NCBI GenBank assembly: GCA_946413985.1
Contig: CAMKMS010000001.1
Coordinates: forward strand, 12,317-76,316
Direction of reading: 5' to 3'
DNA: 64,000 nucleotides
Origin: an uncultured Mycoplasmatota bacterium
Lineage (GTDB): Bacteria; Bacillota_I; Bacilli_A; RF39; UBA660
Under the pieces are notes generated by a model, which was not told the origin of the DNA, did not search any database, and saw only the letters and a list, made by a program, of their open reading frames with translations. Of this stretch, positions 8,922 through 17,222 are shown in pieces; within the stretch, counting starts at the first letter, position 1; each line of letters begins with the position of its first letter. Both the position numbers and the translations under genes were made by a program.

Positions 8922-10722
8922 ATCTATTACTTCTAAATCTTTCTTTTTGATCAAGTATTTTCTTTCTTAATCTAATAGCATCAGGTGTAACTTCTACAAG
9001 CTCATCTTTTTCGATAAATTCTAATGCTTCTTCTAGAGTGAATGTTTTAGGTTTTGATAAAGTAATTGCTTCATCACTACTTTTACTTCTAGTATTAGAA
9101 AACTCTTTATTTTTACATGGATTTACATTTAAATCATTTTCTTTATTATGAATACCTACAATCATTCCCTCATATACATTTACTCCTGGATCTACTATCA
9201 TAGTTCCTCTATCAAGTAAATTATATAATGCATAACCGAATGTAACTCCAGTTTCCATTGAAACTAAAACGCCATTTTTACGTCCACTTACTTCTCCAGC
9301 ATATGGCTTATATGAATCAAAACTTCTAACCATAATACCTTCACCCTTAGTATTTGTAATAAAGTTATTTCTATATCCAATTAAACCTCTTGTTGGACAA
9401 GTAAATTCTAGTCTTACATAATTATCCTCTGCGTTTTCCATTAATTCCATTGTACCTTTTCTTTCACTTAAATCTTGAATTACTGTTCCAGAATATTCAT
9501 TTGGTACACTAATAATTACTTTTTCAAATGGCTCTAATTTTTGACCATTTTCTTCATGGAAAATAACTTCAGGTTTTGATACACCTAACTCATAACCTTC
9601 TCTTCTCATATTTTCAATTAATATAGATAAGTGTAATTCTCCTCTTCCTGATACTTTAAATCCATCATTTGTAGGAAGTTCTTCTACTTCAAGACCAACA
9701 TTACGTTCAAGTTCTGCCATTAATCTATCTCTTAAATGTCTACTTGTAACAAATTTTCCTACTTTACCTGCAAATGGAGAAGTATTAACCATAAAATTCA
9801 TTGATAGAGTTGGTTTTTCTATTTCAATACTTGGAAGAGGATCTACATGATCCACATCACATATAGTATCTCCAATTGAAATTTCAGGACAACCAGCTAT
9901 AGTTACTATATCACCAAAATAAGCTTCACTTACTTCTTTTTTCTTTATACCTTCATTTACAAACATTTTAGTAATTCTTTCTTTACTAAGAGTTCCATCA
10001 TTTTTAGATATTGTAACCATTTGACCAGTTTTAATTTTTCCTTTATTTATTCTTCCAATACCAAGTCTTCCAATATAATCATCATAATCTAATGATGAAA
10101 TTTGAAATTGTAATGGATCATTTTCATTTCCTTCAAATGGTTTAGTTGTTTCAATTATTGTATCAAGTAAAGGAGTAATATCATGACTATCATCATTTTC
10201 TTCATACTTTGCTATTCCTTCTTTAGCTATACCATAAAGAATTTTAAAATCTAATTGATCATTATCAGCTCCTAAATCACAAAATAAATCAAAAGTCATA
10301 TTTACTACTTCTTCACTACGAGCATCTTTTTTATCAATTTTATTTATAAACAAAATTGGTCTTAGACCATTTTTTAATGCTTCTTTTAATACAAATCTTG
10401 TTTGTGGCATTGGTCCTTCTGCTGAATCTACTAATAATACTACAGTATCTACTGTTTTTATTATTCTTTCTATTTCACTAGAAAAATCAGCATGTCCTGG
10501 AGTATCAACTATATTCATTTTATAACCTTTATATCTAATAGCACAGTTTTTTGCTGTTATAGTAATACCTCTTTCACGTTCAAGGTCTCCACTATCCATA
10601 ACACAATCTACTACTTGTTCATTATCTCTAAATACTCCACCTTGTTTAAGTAAAGCATCAACTAATGTACTCTTACCAGCATCAACATGTGCAACTACAG
10701 CAAAATTTATTATTTTTTCCAT
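8920..10722 (-). CDS. typA: Translational GTPase TypA/BipA
   Basis: G-domain motifs AHVDAGKST, DTPGH and NKID, with EF-G-like domains. The start was set to the MEKII ATG at 10722, which has an AAGGGGA RBS. Confidence 0.93.
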   Translation of the reverse strand: MEKIINFAVVAHVDAGKSTLVDALLKQGGVFRDNEQVVDCVMDSGDLERERGITITAKNCAIRYKGYKMNIVDTPGHADFSSEIERIIKTVDTVVLLVDSAEGPMPQTRFVLKEALKNGLRPILFINKIDKKDARSEEVVNMTFDLFCDLGADNDQLDFKILYGIAKEGIAKYEENDDSHDITPLLDTIIETTKPFEGNENDPLQFQISSLDYDDYIGRLGIGRINKGKIKTGQMVTISKNDGTLSKERITKMFVNEGIKKKEVSEAYFGDIVTIAGCPEISIGDTICDVDHVDPLPSIEIEKPTLSMNFMVNTSPFAGKVGKFVTSRHLRDRLMAELERNVGLEVEELPTNDGFKVSGRGELHLSILIENMRREGYELGVSKPEVIFHEENGQKLEPFEKVIISVPNEYSGTVIQDLSERKGTMELMENAEDNYVRLEFTCPTRGLIGYRNNFITNTKGEGIMVRSFDSYKPYAGEVSGRKNGVLVSMETGVTFGYALYNLLDRGTMIVDPGVNVYEGMIVGIHNKENDLNVNPCKNKEFSNTRSKSSDEAITLSKPKTFTLEEALEFIEKDELVEVTPDAIRLRKKILDQKERFRSNR

Positions 10723-10885
10723 AATATTCATCCCCTTTTGGCACGCATTTAATAATACACTATTTTTGTCATATTTTCAAGAAAAAAATATTTTTTTATT
10801 TCTTCTCATTGTGGGTAATAATTTATTATTTGGAGTAAATGGTTAAAAAAAATAAATAATGGCAAAATAAATAGTAGGAGTTATT

Positions 10886-11146
10886 ATGAATGAAGAATAT
10901 AATTTTAAAAATCAAGAAGAATTATATAGTATAATTGGAAAAAATATTAGATATTATAGAAAACTATATAGTTTAAATAAAAAAGAGCTTACTCAAGAAG
11001 CTCTTGCTGAAATTGCAAATGTTTCAACATCTCTTATAGGAAATCTAGAAAGTAAAAAAACACTTCAAGGTATCAGTATATATAATTTATATAAAATAAG
11101 TAAAATACTAGAAATACCTATTGAAAATTTCTTTATTGATAGGTAG
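10886..11146 (+). CDS. XRE-family helix-turn-helix regulator (paralog 1)
   Basis: 86 aa with an HTH_3-like core: LTQEALAEIANVSTSLIGNLESKK..GISIYNLYKISKILEIPIENFF. Confidence 0.8.
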   Translation: MNEEYNFKNQEELYSIIGKNIRYYRKLYSLNKKELTQEALAEIANVSTSLIGNLESKKTLQGISIYNLYKISKILEIPIENFFIDR

Positions 11147-11387
11147 ATTCAAAGAATTTATCCATTGTAACATTAAGTACTATTGAAATCTTATATAATG
11201 ATAATAATGACAATCCTTCACTACCTTTGGTACTTTCAAACTTTCTAATAAATTCTGGTGATACTCCAATATCTATTGCTAATTGTTCTTGAGTTATTCC
11301 ATTTAATTTTCTATATTTAATTACATTATATGCAACAACCTCAATTATATTATCATTAAAAACAAAATCTCTTTTAAATTTAGTCAT
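11133..11387 (-). CDS. XRE-family helix-turn-helix regulator (paralog 2)
   Basis: Core sequence ITQEQLAIDIGVSPEFIRKFES...LSLLSLYKISIVLNVTMDKFF. The start was set to the ATG at 11387, after an AGGTGAG RBS. Its 3' end overlaps paralog 1 convergently by 14 nt. Confidence 0.75.
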   Translation of the reverse strand: MTKFKRDFVFNDNIIEVVAYNVIKYRKLNGITQEQLAIDIGVSPEFIRKFESTKGSEGLSLLSLYKISIVLNVTMDKFFESTYQ

Positions 11388-11490
11388 ACATCTCACCTAT
11401 CTCTAATTTTACATTTTTTTATTATTTAATTATGTAAAGTTATACTATACATTTTTAAATGGATATTTTATAATTGTAATGGTGATTAAT

Positions 11491-11727
11491 ATGACTCAAG
11501 AAAAATTAAATGAATTAGTAGGTTATAATATTAAAAAATATAGACTTTTATATAACAAAACTCATAAAGATAAAATTACACAAGAAAAATTAGCAGAAGC
11601 AATAGGTTCTTCAGTTTCACTTATTAGTAATCTTGAATCAAATAAGATTAAACAGGGTATAAGTATTACAAATTTATATAAAATTGCTATTGTATTAGAA
11701 ACTCCTATAAATAATTTTTTTGAATAA
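11491..11727 (+). CDS. XRE-family helix-turn-helix regulator (paralog 3)
   Basis: Core sequence ITQEKLAEAIGSSVSLISNLESNK..GISITNLYKIAIVLETPINNFF. The start was set to the ATG at 11491, after a GGTGA RBS. It is transcribed divergently from paralog 2. Confidence 0.8.
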   Translation: MTQEKLNELVGYNIKKYRLLYNKTHKDKITQEKLAEAIGSSVSLISNLESNKIKQGISITNLYKIAIVLETPINNFFE

Positions 11728-11748
11728 AAAAGAATCAATAATAGATTC

Positions 11749-12825
11749 TTAATTAACATATACATCATACATTTTTTTATAAGTGAAAGTAACTCTATTA
11801 GTTCCTTTCTTTTTTTCTTTTATTATATATCCTTCTTGTTGTAATTTATTTAATACTTTATTAATTGAATTAATATGAAGTCCAGTTTCTTTAACTAAAT
11901 CATTTGTTGTAAAGACTATTTTCTTTATAATAACAGGATATACTTTAAAAATTGTTGATCCACCAATTCTTTCTTTAAATGAATTATAGTCATCATTATA
12001 TATTTTATTTAATTTCATTATATTCTTTATATTGATATTACATTCATTTATAATGCATTGAATCATCATTTTAATGAATTTATTTATATCTTCTTCTATT
12101 TCACCACTTAGTAATGTAAAATATGTATTTTTAAGATTTTCTATACTTTTAGATATAAATAATATTGGTGTTTCTTTTTTATACAATGATAATTGAATTG
12201 GAATTATTAAACGGCCAATTTTTCCATTCCCAGATATATATGGATGTAATTTTTCAAATTGAAAATGAGTTAAAATAGTAGATATAAAATAATTATCATT
12301 ATTATTATTAATATAATTTACTAAATCATCCATATAATAATCTAAATCTTTATATAATGGTGGAACAAAAGATACACTAGATCCAGCTAATCCTGGTTTT
12401 AATAAGAAATTCTGTTTCTTCCTAAATTTTCCACTACCTTTTGTAATGCTATTTTTTTTACATCCTTGAAATAAAACTTTATTAATTCTATTAAAAGTAT
12501 CTTTTGAAATGCTATCTTTTAAAGCATCCGATAAACCAATTAATAATCCTTTTTTTAAATTATTAAATTCAATTATATCATTTGAATTATTCATATAAGG
12601 AGTATGAAACATATATTCTTTTTCTATTTTGGTATTATCAATTTTAAAAGAATAAAATAAATCAGAAATAAAGGCATTTTCTAAATAACTTTTATAATCA
12701 AATAACATATTCTTTAAATATCCTTTATATTCTCCATACTTTTCAGTTGCTTCATATAATAAATTGTTAAGTTCTATATTATTAGTAAACTCTAAAGGCA
12801 TTTTTTTTGCTTTATAAGGTTCCAT
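11749..12825 (-). CDS. Fic/DOC-family protein with C-terminal winged-HTH; non-canonical active-site motif
   Basis: Fic core HPYISGNGKIGRLI (canonical form HxFx[D/E]GNGRxxR). An N-terminal Fic_N-like segment reads YSFKIDNTKIE. The C-terminus LNKLQQEGYIIKEKKKGTNRVTF is wHTH-like. GGAGGTG RBS. Confidence 0.8.
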   Translation of the reverse strand: MEPYKAKKMPLEFTNNIELNNLLYEATEKYGEYKGYLKNMLFDYKSYLENAFISDLFYSFKIDNTKIEKEYMFHTPYMNNSNDIIEFNNLKKGLLIGLSDALKDSISKDTFNRINKVLFQGCKKNSITKGSGKFRKKQNFLLKPGLAGSSVSFVPPLYKDLDYYMDDLVNYINNNNDNYFISTILTHFQFEKLHPYISGNGKIGRLIIPIQLSLYKKETPILFISKSIENLKNTYFTLLSGEIEEDINKFIKMMIQCIINECNINIKNIMKLNKIYNDDYNSFKERIGGSTIFKVYPVIIKKIVFTTNDLVKETGLHINSINKVLNKLQQEGYIIKEKKKGTNRVTFTYKKMYDVYVN

Positions 12826-12910
12826 TTTACACCTCCACTAATATAATAATATCATATATTTATAAAAAAATATACACGAACAATAAAAAAAATGTATAAA
12901 TACATTTGAT

Positions 12911-13264
12911 TTATTTTGGATTTGGATATTCTAGTAAACCTTTACCATATCCTTCTAACCAATAAATTTTATTATTTCGAACTCTTAGTTTATAATAAAT
13001 TTCATATTTTATATTATCTTGATCAGAATATGTAAAGTATAAATTTGAAATACCATTTTTATTAACAGTAAAAGTCCAATTATTTGTGTCAGAACTGGAA
13101 AGTTCTAAATTATCATTATCTATTTTATAATTCCAATCATAATTTTCTAATTCATCATCAAGATAAATTGTAATACTTTTATCATATACACCTAAGTATG
13201 GATTATAAAAAATAATAAACATGCAAAGTATAAATGTAATAGAAAATATAATAATGTATCTCAT
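12911..13264 (-). CDS. Small membrane-anchored/exported protein, unknown function
   Basis: 117 aa with an N-terminal hydrophobic anchor (IIIFSITFILCMFIIF). AGGAG RBS, and a terminator hairpin after the stop. I recognised no family. Confidence 0.55.
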   Translation of the reverse strand: MRYIIIFSITFILCMFIIFYNPYLGVYDKSITIYLDDELENYDWNYKIDNDNLELSSSDTNNWTFTVNKNGISNLYFTYSDQDNIKYEIYYKLRVRNNKIYWLEGYGKGLLEYPNPK

Positions 13265-13275
13265 AAATTTCTCCT

Positions 13276-13309
13276 AAGAAAAAACAACTAGCTCTGATAA
13301 AACTAATTG
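13276..13309 (-). promoter_or_regulatory. Terminator-like hairpin + U-run immediately upstream of the RBS of the 117-aa gene (possible attenuator)
   Basis: The minus-strand RNA reads CAAUUAG-N11-CUAGUUG followed by UUUUUUCUU, then AGGAG. The single G-U pair forms only in the minus-strand transcript. Confidence 0.4.
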
Positions 13310-13485
13310 CTTCCAGTTTCTTGAAAATAAGATTATAGTCATTTATATTAAATGAATAATTTAATATAAATATTACTCTAAATATTATCAGTATTTAGCA
13401 TAATCCCTAATCATTTTGAGTTTCACTTTCTCAACGATATATCATTTGTCCTTGGTAGATTAGTATCTATTTCTTAATTAAATAA

Positions 13486-14260
13486 GAATATATTTATTTA
13501 ATGAAATTATATATTAAATTGATAATATATAATTATTATATAATAACAAAGTTAATTATTATTATATAATAGAATATATAAATTAAATTAATAAAATATA
13601 ATCACTATATATCAATAAAATTAATTATTAATATATAATAAAGTATATAAATTAAATTAAAATATATATATTATAATAAATATGATTAGCATTTATAATA
13701 CATAATAAATTAATATTAAATAAAATAAATGTAATAATATTTAAATAATGAAATAATAAGTGTTATATAGTTATAATATATATAAACAATAAATAAATTA
13801 ATATTTATTATAAATATATATTATATGGTTTAAATAAAGTAATAATATATTAAGAATAATTAATAAATTAATACCAATTATAAATAATATAAATTACAAT
13901 TATTTAAACATATAATAAATATAATTTAAAATATAATTAATAAATTAATATTAATAATATTTTAAAACTATAAATATTATTTAATAAATATAACAAAATA
14001 TTATATATAATTAATTAATAAGTTAATACTAATTAATTAGGAAGTATAATATCTAATATTATAAGTACATTATAATAATTAATAATACTATTAATATTAT
14101 TAATTAAAAATAATGTTGAAATATAATATCCACTATTATTTTAATTAAATAAATATATATAGATTTTTTCACCAATCAATAATAGATTAGATATATAAAT
14201 ATTAATAAAAAATTAATTTTATTAATATAATACACCTATCTACTATCTCTATTGGACATA
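13486..14260. repeat. Degenerate AT-only tandem repeat array (~10-11 units, 60-86 bp period) inside a 1,055-bp ORF-free intergenic region
   Basis: An AATTAATAAATTAATA-like core recurs at about 13486, 13551, 13620, 13704, 13792, 13862, 13939, 14009, 14076, 14143 and 14203. Units at 13548 and 13617 match at 40 of their first 44 positions. I counted 4 and 1 G/C in the two 60-nt lines beginning at 13861 and 13921. Confidence 0.6.
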
Positions 14261-14277
14261 TTTATTGTATCAATAAT

Positions 14278-14305
14278 AAAAAAAAATGTCAACACATTTT
14301 TTTTA
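14278..14305. terminator. Bidirectional terminator after the hydrogenase-like gene
   Basis: A-run, then ATGT-CAAC-ACAT, then T-run. Confidence 0.6.
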
Positions 14306-14319
14306 TTTTATTATTTTTT

Positions 14320-15795
14320 TTATAAATTTGACAAATTATTTGATTTATTTTCATATTTTTCATGTAGTAATTCTACTGATTTTTGGCTTAAAGGCTTGGA
14401 TAGATAAGATTTATATATTTGTTTGACACTTTCGTTATCAAGTGAATAATTATTTACACTTTTATATATTTTTTCTTTCAATGATTCAATATCTTCACAT
14501 TTATAACCTGCTCCATCTAAACATCCATTTTTACATAATTTAACTTCTATATAATGATATTTTTTATAATTTCCACTATCAATTAAGTAATCAAGCTCAT
14601 ATAAACTATTAACAATTGCTACTCTTAATTTATAATTTCCAATATCTATATTAATATCTTTTATACCATTGATGTTCATAAATTGACTTTCATCAATTTC
14701 ATTTACACTATTTTTTGTTTTACTAACTAATTTACAAAAAGACTTAATAAATATTTCACTTTGACCACCACATAAATCTAATAATTTTGCACTATTACTA
14801 TAATTACTATAATTTTCATATTCTGATAATGCTAAACTCTTCATGTTAATTTGCTCTAATTCTATCATTTTTATTAACTCATTTATTGTTATAACATAAT
14901 CCAAATTATTATCTGATTCTTTCATTTTCATCTTATTAGATAAACATGATGTTATTCCAACCGTTATAATCTTCTCGTTATTGAATCCTTTTTCATTACA
15001 AAAAAGATCTTTAATAAAAAAGCTTTCTATAAATAATGGATTTTTTGTTGTAGATATATTATTAATTACTTCTGGATGATATATTTCCAAATATTTTGTT
15101 ATACTTGGACAATTTGCTGATATTAAAGGCAATAATTGTTTGTTTTTTAATCTTTCGATAAATTCTGATACTTCTTCAACAATACCTACATCTATAGCAA
15201 ATCCACTATTAAATGCATAATCAAAGCCTATTTTCTTTAGTGCATCATTTAATTTATAGTCAATGTTATCAAGATCTAAGTTATATTTTTCTGCAATGAA
15301 TAATGATGTATTAGGTTCTACTATTGCAACTACAATCTTTTCATTTTTATCAATTATTTCCTTTACTTCTTTATAACTTTCTTTAACTGTTATTGAGCCA
15401 GATGGACAATTCAATACGCAAGAACCACAACCAATACAAATAGGATTTAAACATTTATTTAAATCATATCTTAAATTTGCATTTTTTTCACAAGTCTTTT
15501 TACATTGACCACAATTAACACATTTTTCACTATTCTTTTTTATACATGGATTAAATTCATCAATTAATATATATTTTTCTTCTTTTCCTTTTTTATTAAT
15601 TATTTTTTCTTCTTTTTCTTCAGTTAAGTTATCAATAACTGAATTTATTATTGCATCTATTTCATTTTCTGCTATTTGATTCTCTATTAATCTAAGTTTG
15701 TCACATGATGCTTTACAATTTAAACAAACTGAATCTTGATTAAAGTCTTCAATTTGATTAATGAATCCGCAATTATCACATATATATGTTTTCAT
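14320..15795 (-). CDS. [FeFe]-hydrogenase-like protein with divergent H-cluster motifs, two 4Fe-4S ferredoxin motifs and an N-terminal zinc-ribbon
   Basis: CDNCGF..CLNC zinc-ribbon. Ferredoxin motifs CVNCGQCKKTC and CIGCGSCVLNCP. The H-domain aligns by eye to clostridial HydA (HPEVINNISTTKNP; DYVITINELIKMIE). However, the H-cluster motifs read SANCP, TSCLSNK and EVKLCKNGCLDGAG. Confidence 0.75.
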   Translation of the reverse strand: MKTYICDNCGFINQIEDFNQDSVCLNCKASCDKLRLIENQIAENEIDAIINSVIDNLTEEKEEKIINKKGKEEKYILIDEFNPCIKKNSEKCVNCGQCKKTCEKNANLRYDLNKCLNPICIGCGSCVLNCPSGSITVKESYKEVKEIIDKNEKIVVAIVEPNTSLFIAEKYNLDLDNIDYKLNDALKKIGFDYAFNSGFAIDVGIVEEVSEFIERLKNKQLLPLISANCPSITKYLEIYHPEVINNISTTKNPLFIESFFIKDLFCNEKGFNNEKIITVGITSCLSNKMKMKESDNNLDYVITINELIKMIELEQINMKSLALSEYENYSNYSNSAKLLDLCGGQSEIFIKSFCKLVSKTKNSVNEIDESQFMNINGIKDINIDIGNYKLRVAIVNSLYELDYLIDSGNYKKYHYIEVKLCKNGCLDGAGYKCEDIESLKEKIYKSVNNYSLDNESVKQIYKSYLSKPLSQKSVELLHEKYENKSNNLSNL

Positions 15796-15804
15796 TATTA
15801 CTCC

Positions 15805-16599
15805 TTAAAATTCATTCTTATAAAGTCCTTTGCAATTAAAACCATTACATTTTATATTATATTTATCTATTATTTTACCATTTTTAATAATCAATACTCT
15901 AGGACTTATATCATTATATAAATATATATCTTTATCTATATCGCTAATATATTTTGATAAATCATTTATAGTTGAATTATTTAATTCATTTGAATCAAAA
16001 AAATAAATATTAGGATTCTTAATAATCCATTTTTCCATAATATCTAGTGCTAGTATACAATCTAATGATGTGCAATTATTGCCCATAAAAACTATTTTAG
16101 AATAACCTTTTTCTTTCATTAATTTCAAAAGCTTTTCACTATCAATTTTACTATATTCAGTTACTTCTTTTTTTTCATCCTTAAAATCAATTATACTTTT
16201 TCCAAAATAATTCTTAAATTCATAATTCATTGAATCTTCAATATTATCAAAAAAAACTTTATCATAAATGTCTATTTTTGTTTCTAAAGAATTTGATTTA
16301 ATTTTACGAATTTCTAAATTTTTTCCACAATTCATTTCAATTAAATTTTTCTTTTTATCATAATTATATGTATTACAATCACTTAAATCAATTTGTGAAT
16401 TATTACTTTTATACTCTATTTTATCTTTATTAATTATTAGTAATTCATAATAACCAGTTGTGTAATCATAATGATACCAATTCTTATTAAGAATTTTACT
16501 ATCTATTGAATTAAAACCAAACATAAAGAAATTAATAATAGCTAGTATTATTAATGAAATAATAACCATAATTATATATCCATATCCTTTATTTTTCAT
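15805..16599 (-). CDS. Membrane-anchored hypothetical protein
   Basis: 264 aa with an N-terminal TM segment (YIIMVIISLIILAIINFFMFGF). The C-terminal half may be thioredoxin-fold-like but has no CxxC. No family recognised. Confidence 0.5.
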   Translation of the reverse strand: MKNKGYGYIIMVIISLIILAIINFFMFGFNSIDSKILNKNWYHYDYTTGYYELLIINKDKIEYKSNNSQIDLSDCNTYNYDKKKNLIEMNCGKNLEIRKIKSNSLETKIDIYDKVFFDNIEDSMNYEFKNYFGKSIIDFKDEKKEVTEYSKIDSEKLLKLMKEKGYSKIVFMGNNCTSLDCILALDIMEKWIIKNPNIYFFDSNELNNSTINDLSKYISDIDKDIYLYNDISPRVLIIKNGKIIDKYNIKCNGFNCKGLYKNEF

Positions 16600-16634
16600 A
16601 ATTATATGATAGCAAAATTATTACTTTTTTTCAA

Positions 16635-16901
16635 TTACTTGTTTGTATTAGCATAATAATTAAATTCACTAATTTCTCGAGAAATATTGTCTAAATCTTC
16701 AAGAGAATCATCGCTTTCTAATATTTCATCTATTTGAAATAATAAATCTTTTATACTAGCACACTTATAAGGATCAATGTCATATCTATTTAATACTTCT
16801 ATTTGATAATCAGATAGAAATATATCTTTATTAATTTTTTTATGCATATACTTTTGATTAACTAAATCGCTAATATCTATTTCTTCTTCATTTATTTTCA
16901 T
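16635..16901 (-). CDS. Small acidic hypothetical protein
   Basis: An 88-aa ORF in the same orientation as, and tightly packed with, its neighbours. No recognisable motif. Confidence 0.4.
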   Translation of the reverse strand: MKINEEEIDISDLVNQKYMHKKINKDIFLSDYQIEVLNRYDIDPYKCASIKDLLFQIDEILESDDSLEDLDNISREISEFNYYANTNK

Positions 16902-16926
16902 TTTTCACCATATAAAAAAATCACTA

Positions 16927-17127
16927 TTAATCAGTGATTCCATATTTATCTTTGAATTTTTGTACATTTCCAGTCTTAACTGTCTTATACTTTCCTGTAT
17001 AAAATGAATGACATTTATTACATGATTCTAACTGTATTTCACTTTTTGTAGATCTTACTTCAAATTCATTTCCACAAGCACATTTAACCTTACATGTTTT
17101 TAATTCTGGATGTATTCCCTTTTTCAT
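16927..17127 (-). CDS. rpmE: 50S ribosomal protein L31 (Cys-containing, zinc-ribbon type)
   Basis: MKKGIHPELK..CACGNEF...CNKCHSFYTGK is typical of L31. The start was set to the ATG at 17127, after a GAGGAGGA RBS. A terminator hairpin at 16913-16938 encloses the stop codon. Confidence 0.92.
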   Translation of the reverse strand: MKKGIHPELKTCKVKCACGNEFEVRSTKSEIQLESCNKCHSFYTGKYKTVKTGNVQKFKDKYGITD

Positions 17128-17222
17128 ATATTTTATCCTCCTCGCCATAACTAACTGATAGTTATAGAAATAACTTCATAGCGTATTATACATTGTTTTA
17201 TTAATAAAATCAAGCACAATTA

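Noticed and set aside
11133-11387. TKGSEG in XRE paralog 2 as a Fic-inhibitory (S/T)xxxE(G/N) antitoxin motif
   Set aside because: The hexapeptide lies in the turn between HTH helices, which is a generic ..E.G.. position of XRE domains. The other two paralogs lack the Glu, and the protein has no resemblance to small FicA/VbhA-type antitoxins. It is probably coincidental.
13321-13349. Plus-strand promoter-like TTGAAA-17-TATATT pointing into the AT-rich array
   Set aside because: Such matches are expected by chance in DNA of this composition, and there is no downstream ORF or structured RNA to transcribe. I noted it but did not call it.
13486-14260. CRISPR array
   Set aside because: Repeat cores are short, degenerate and not separated by unique spacers of constant length. 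There is no leader/cas context, and the whole block is near-pure A+T.
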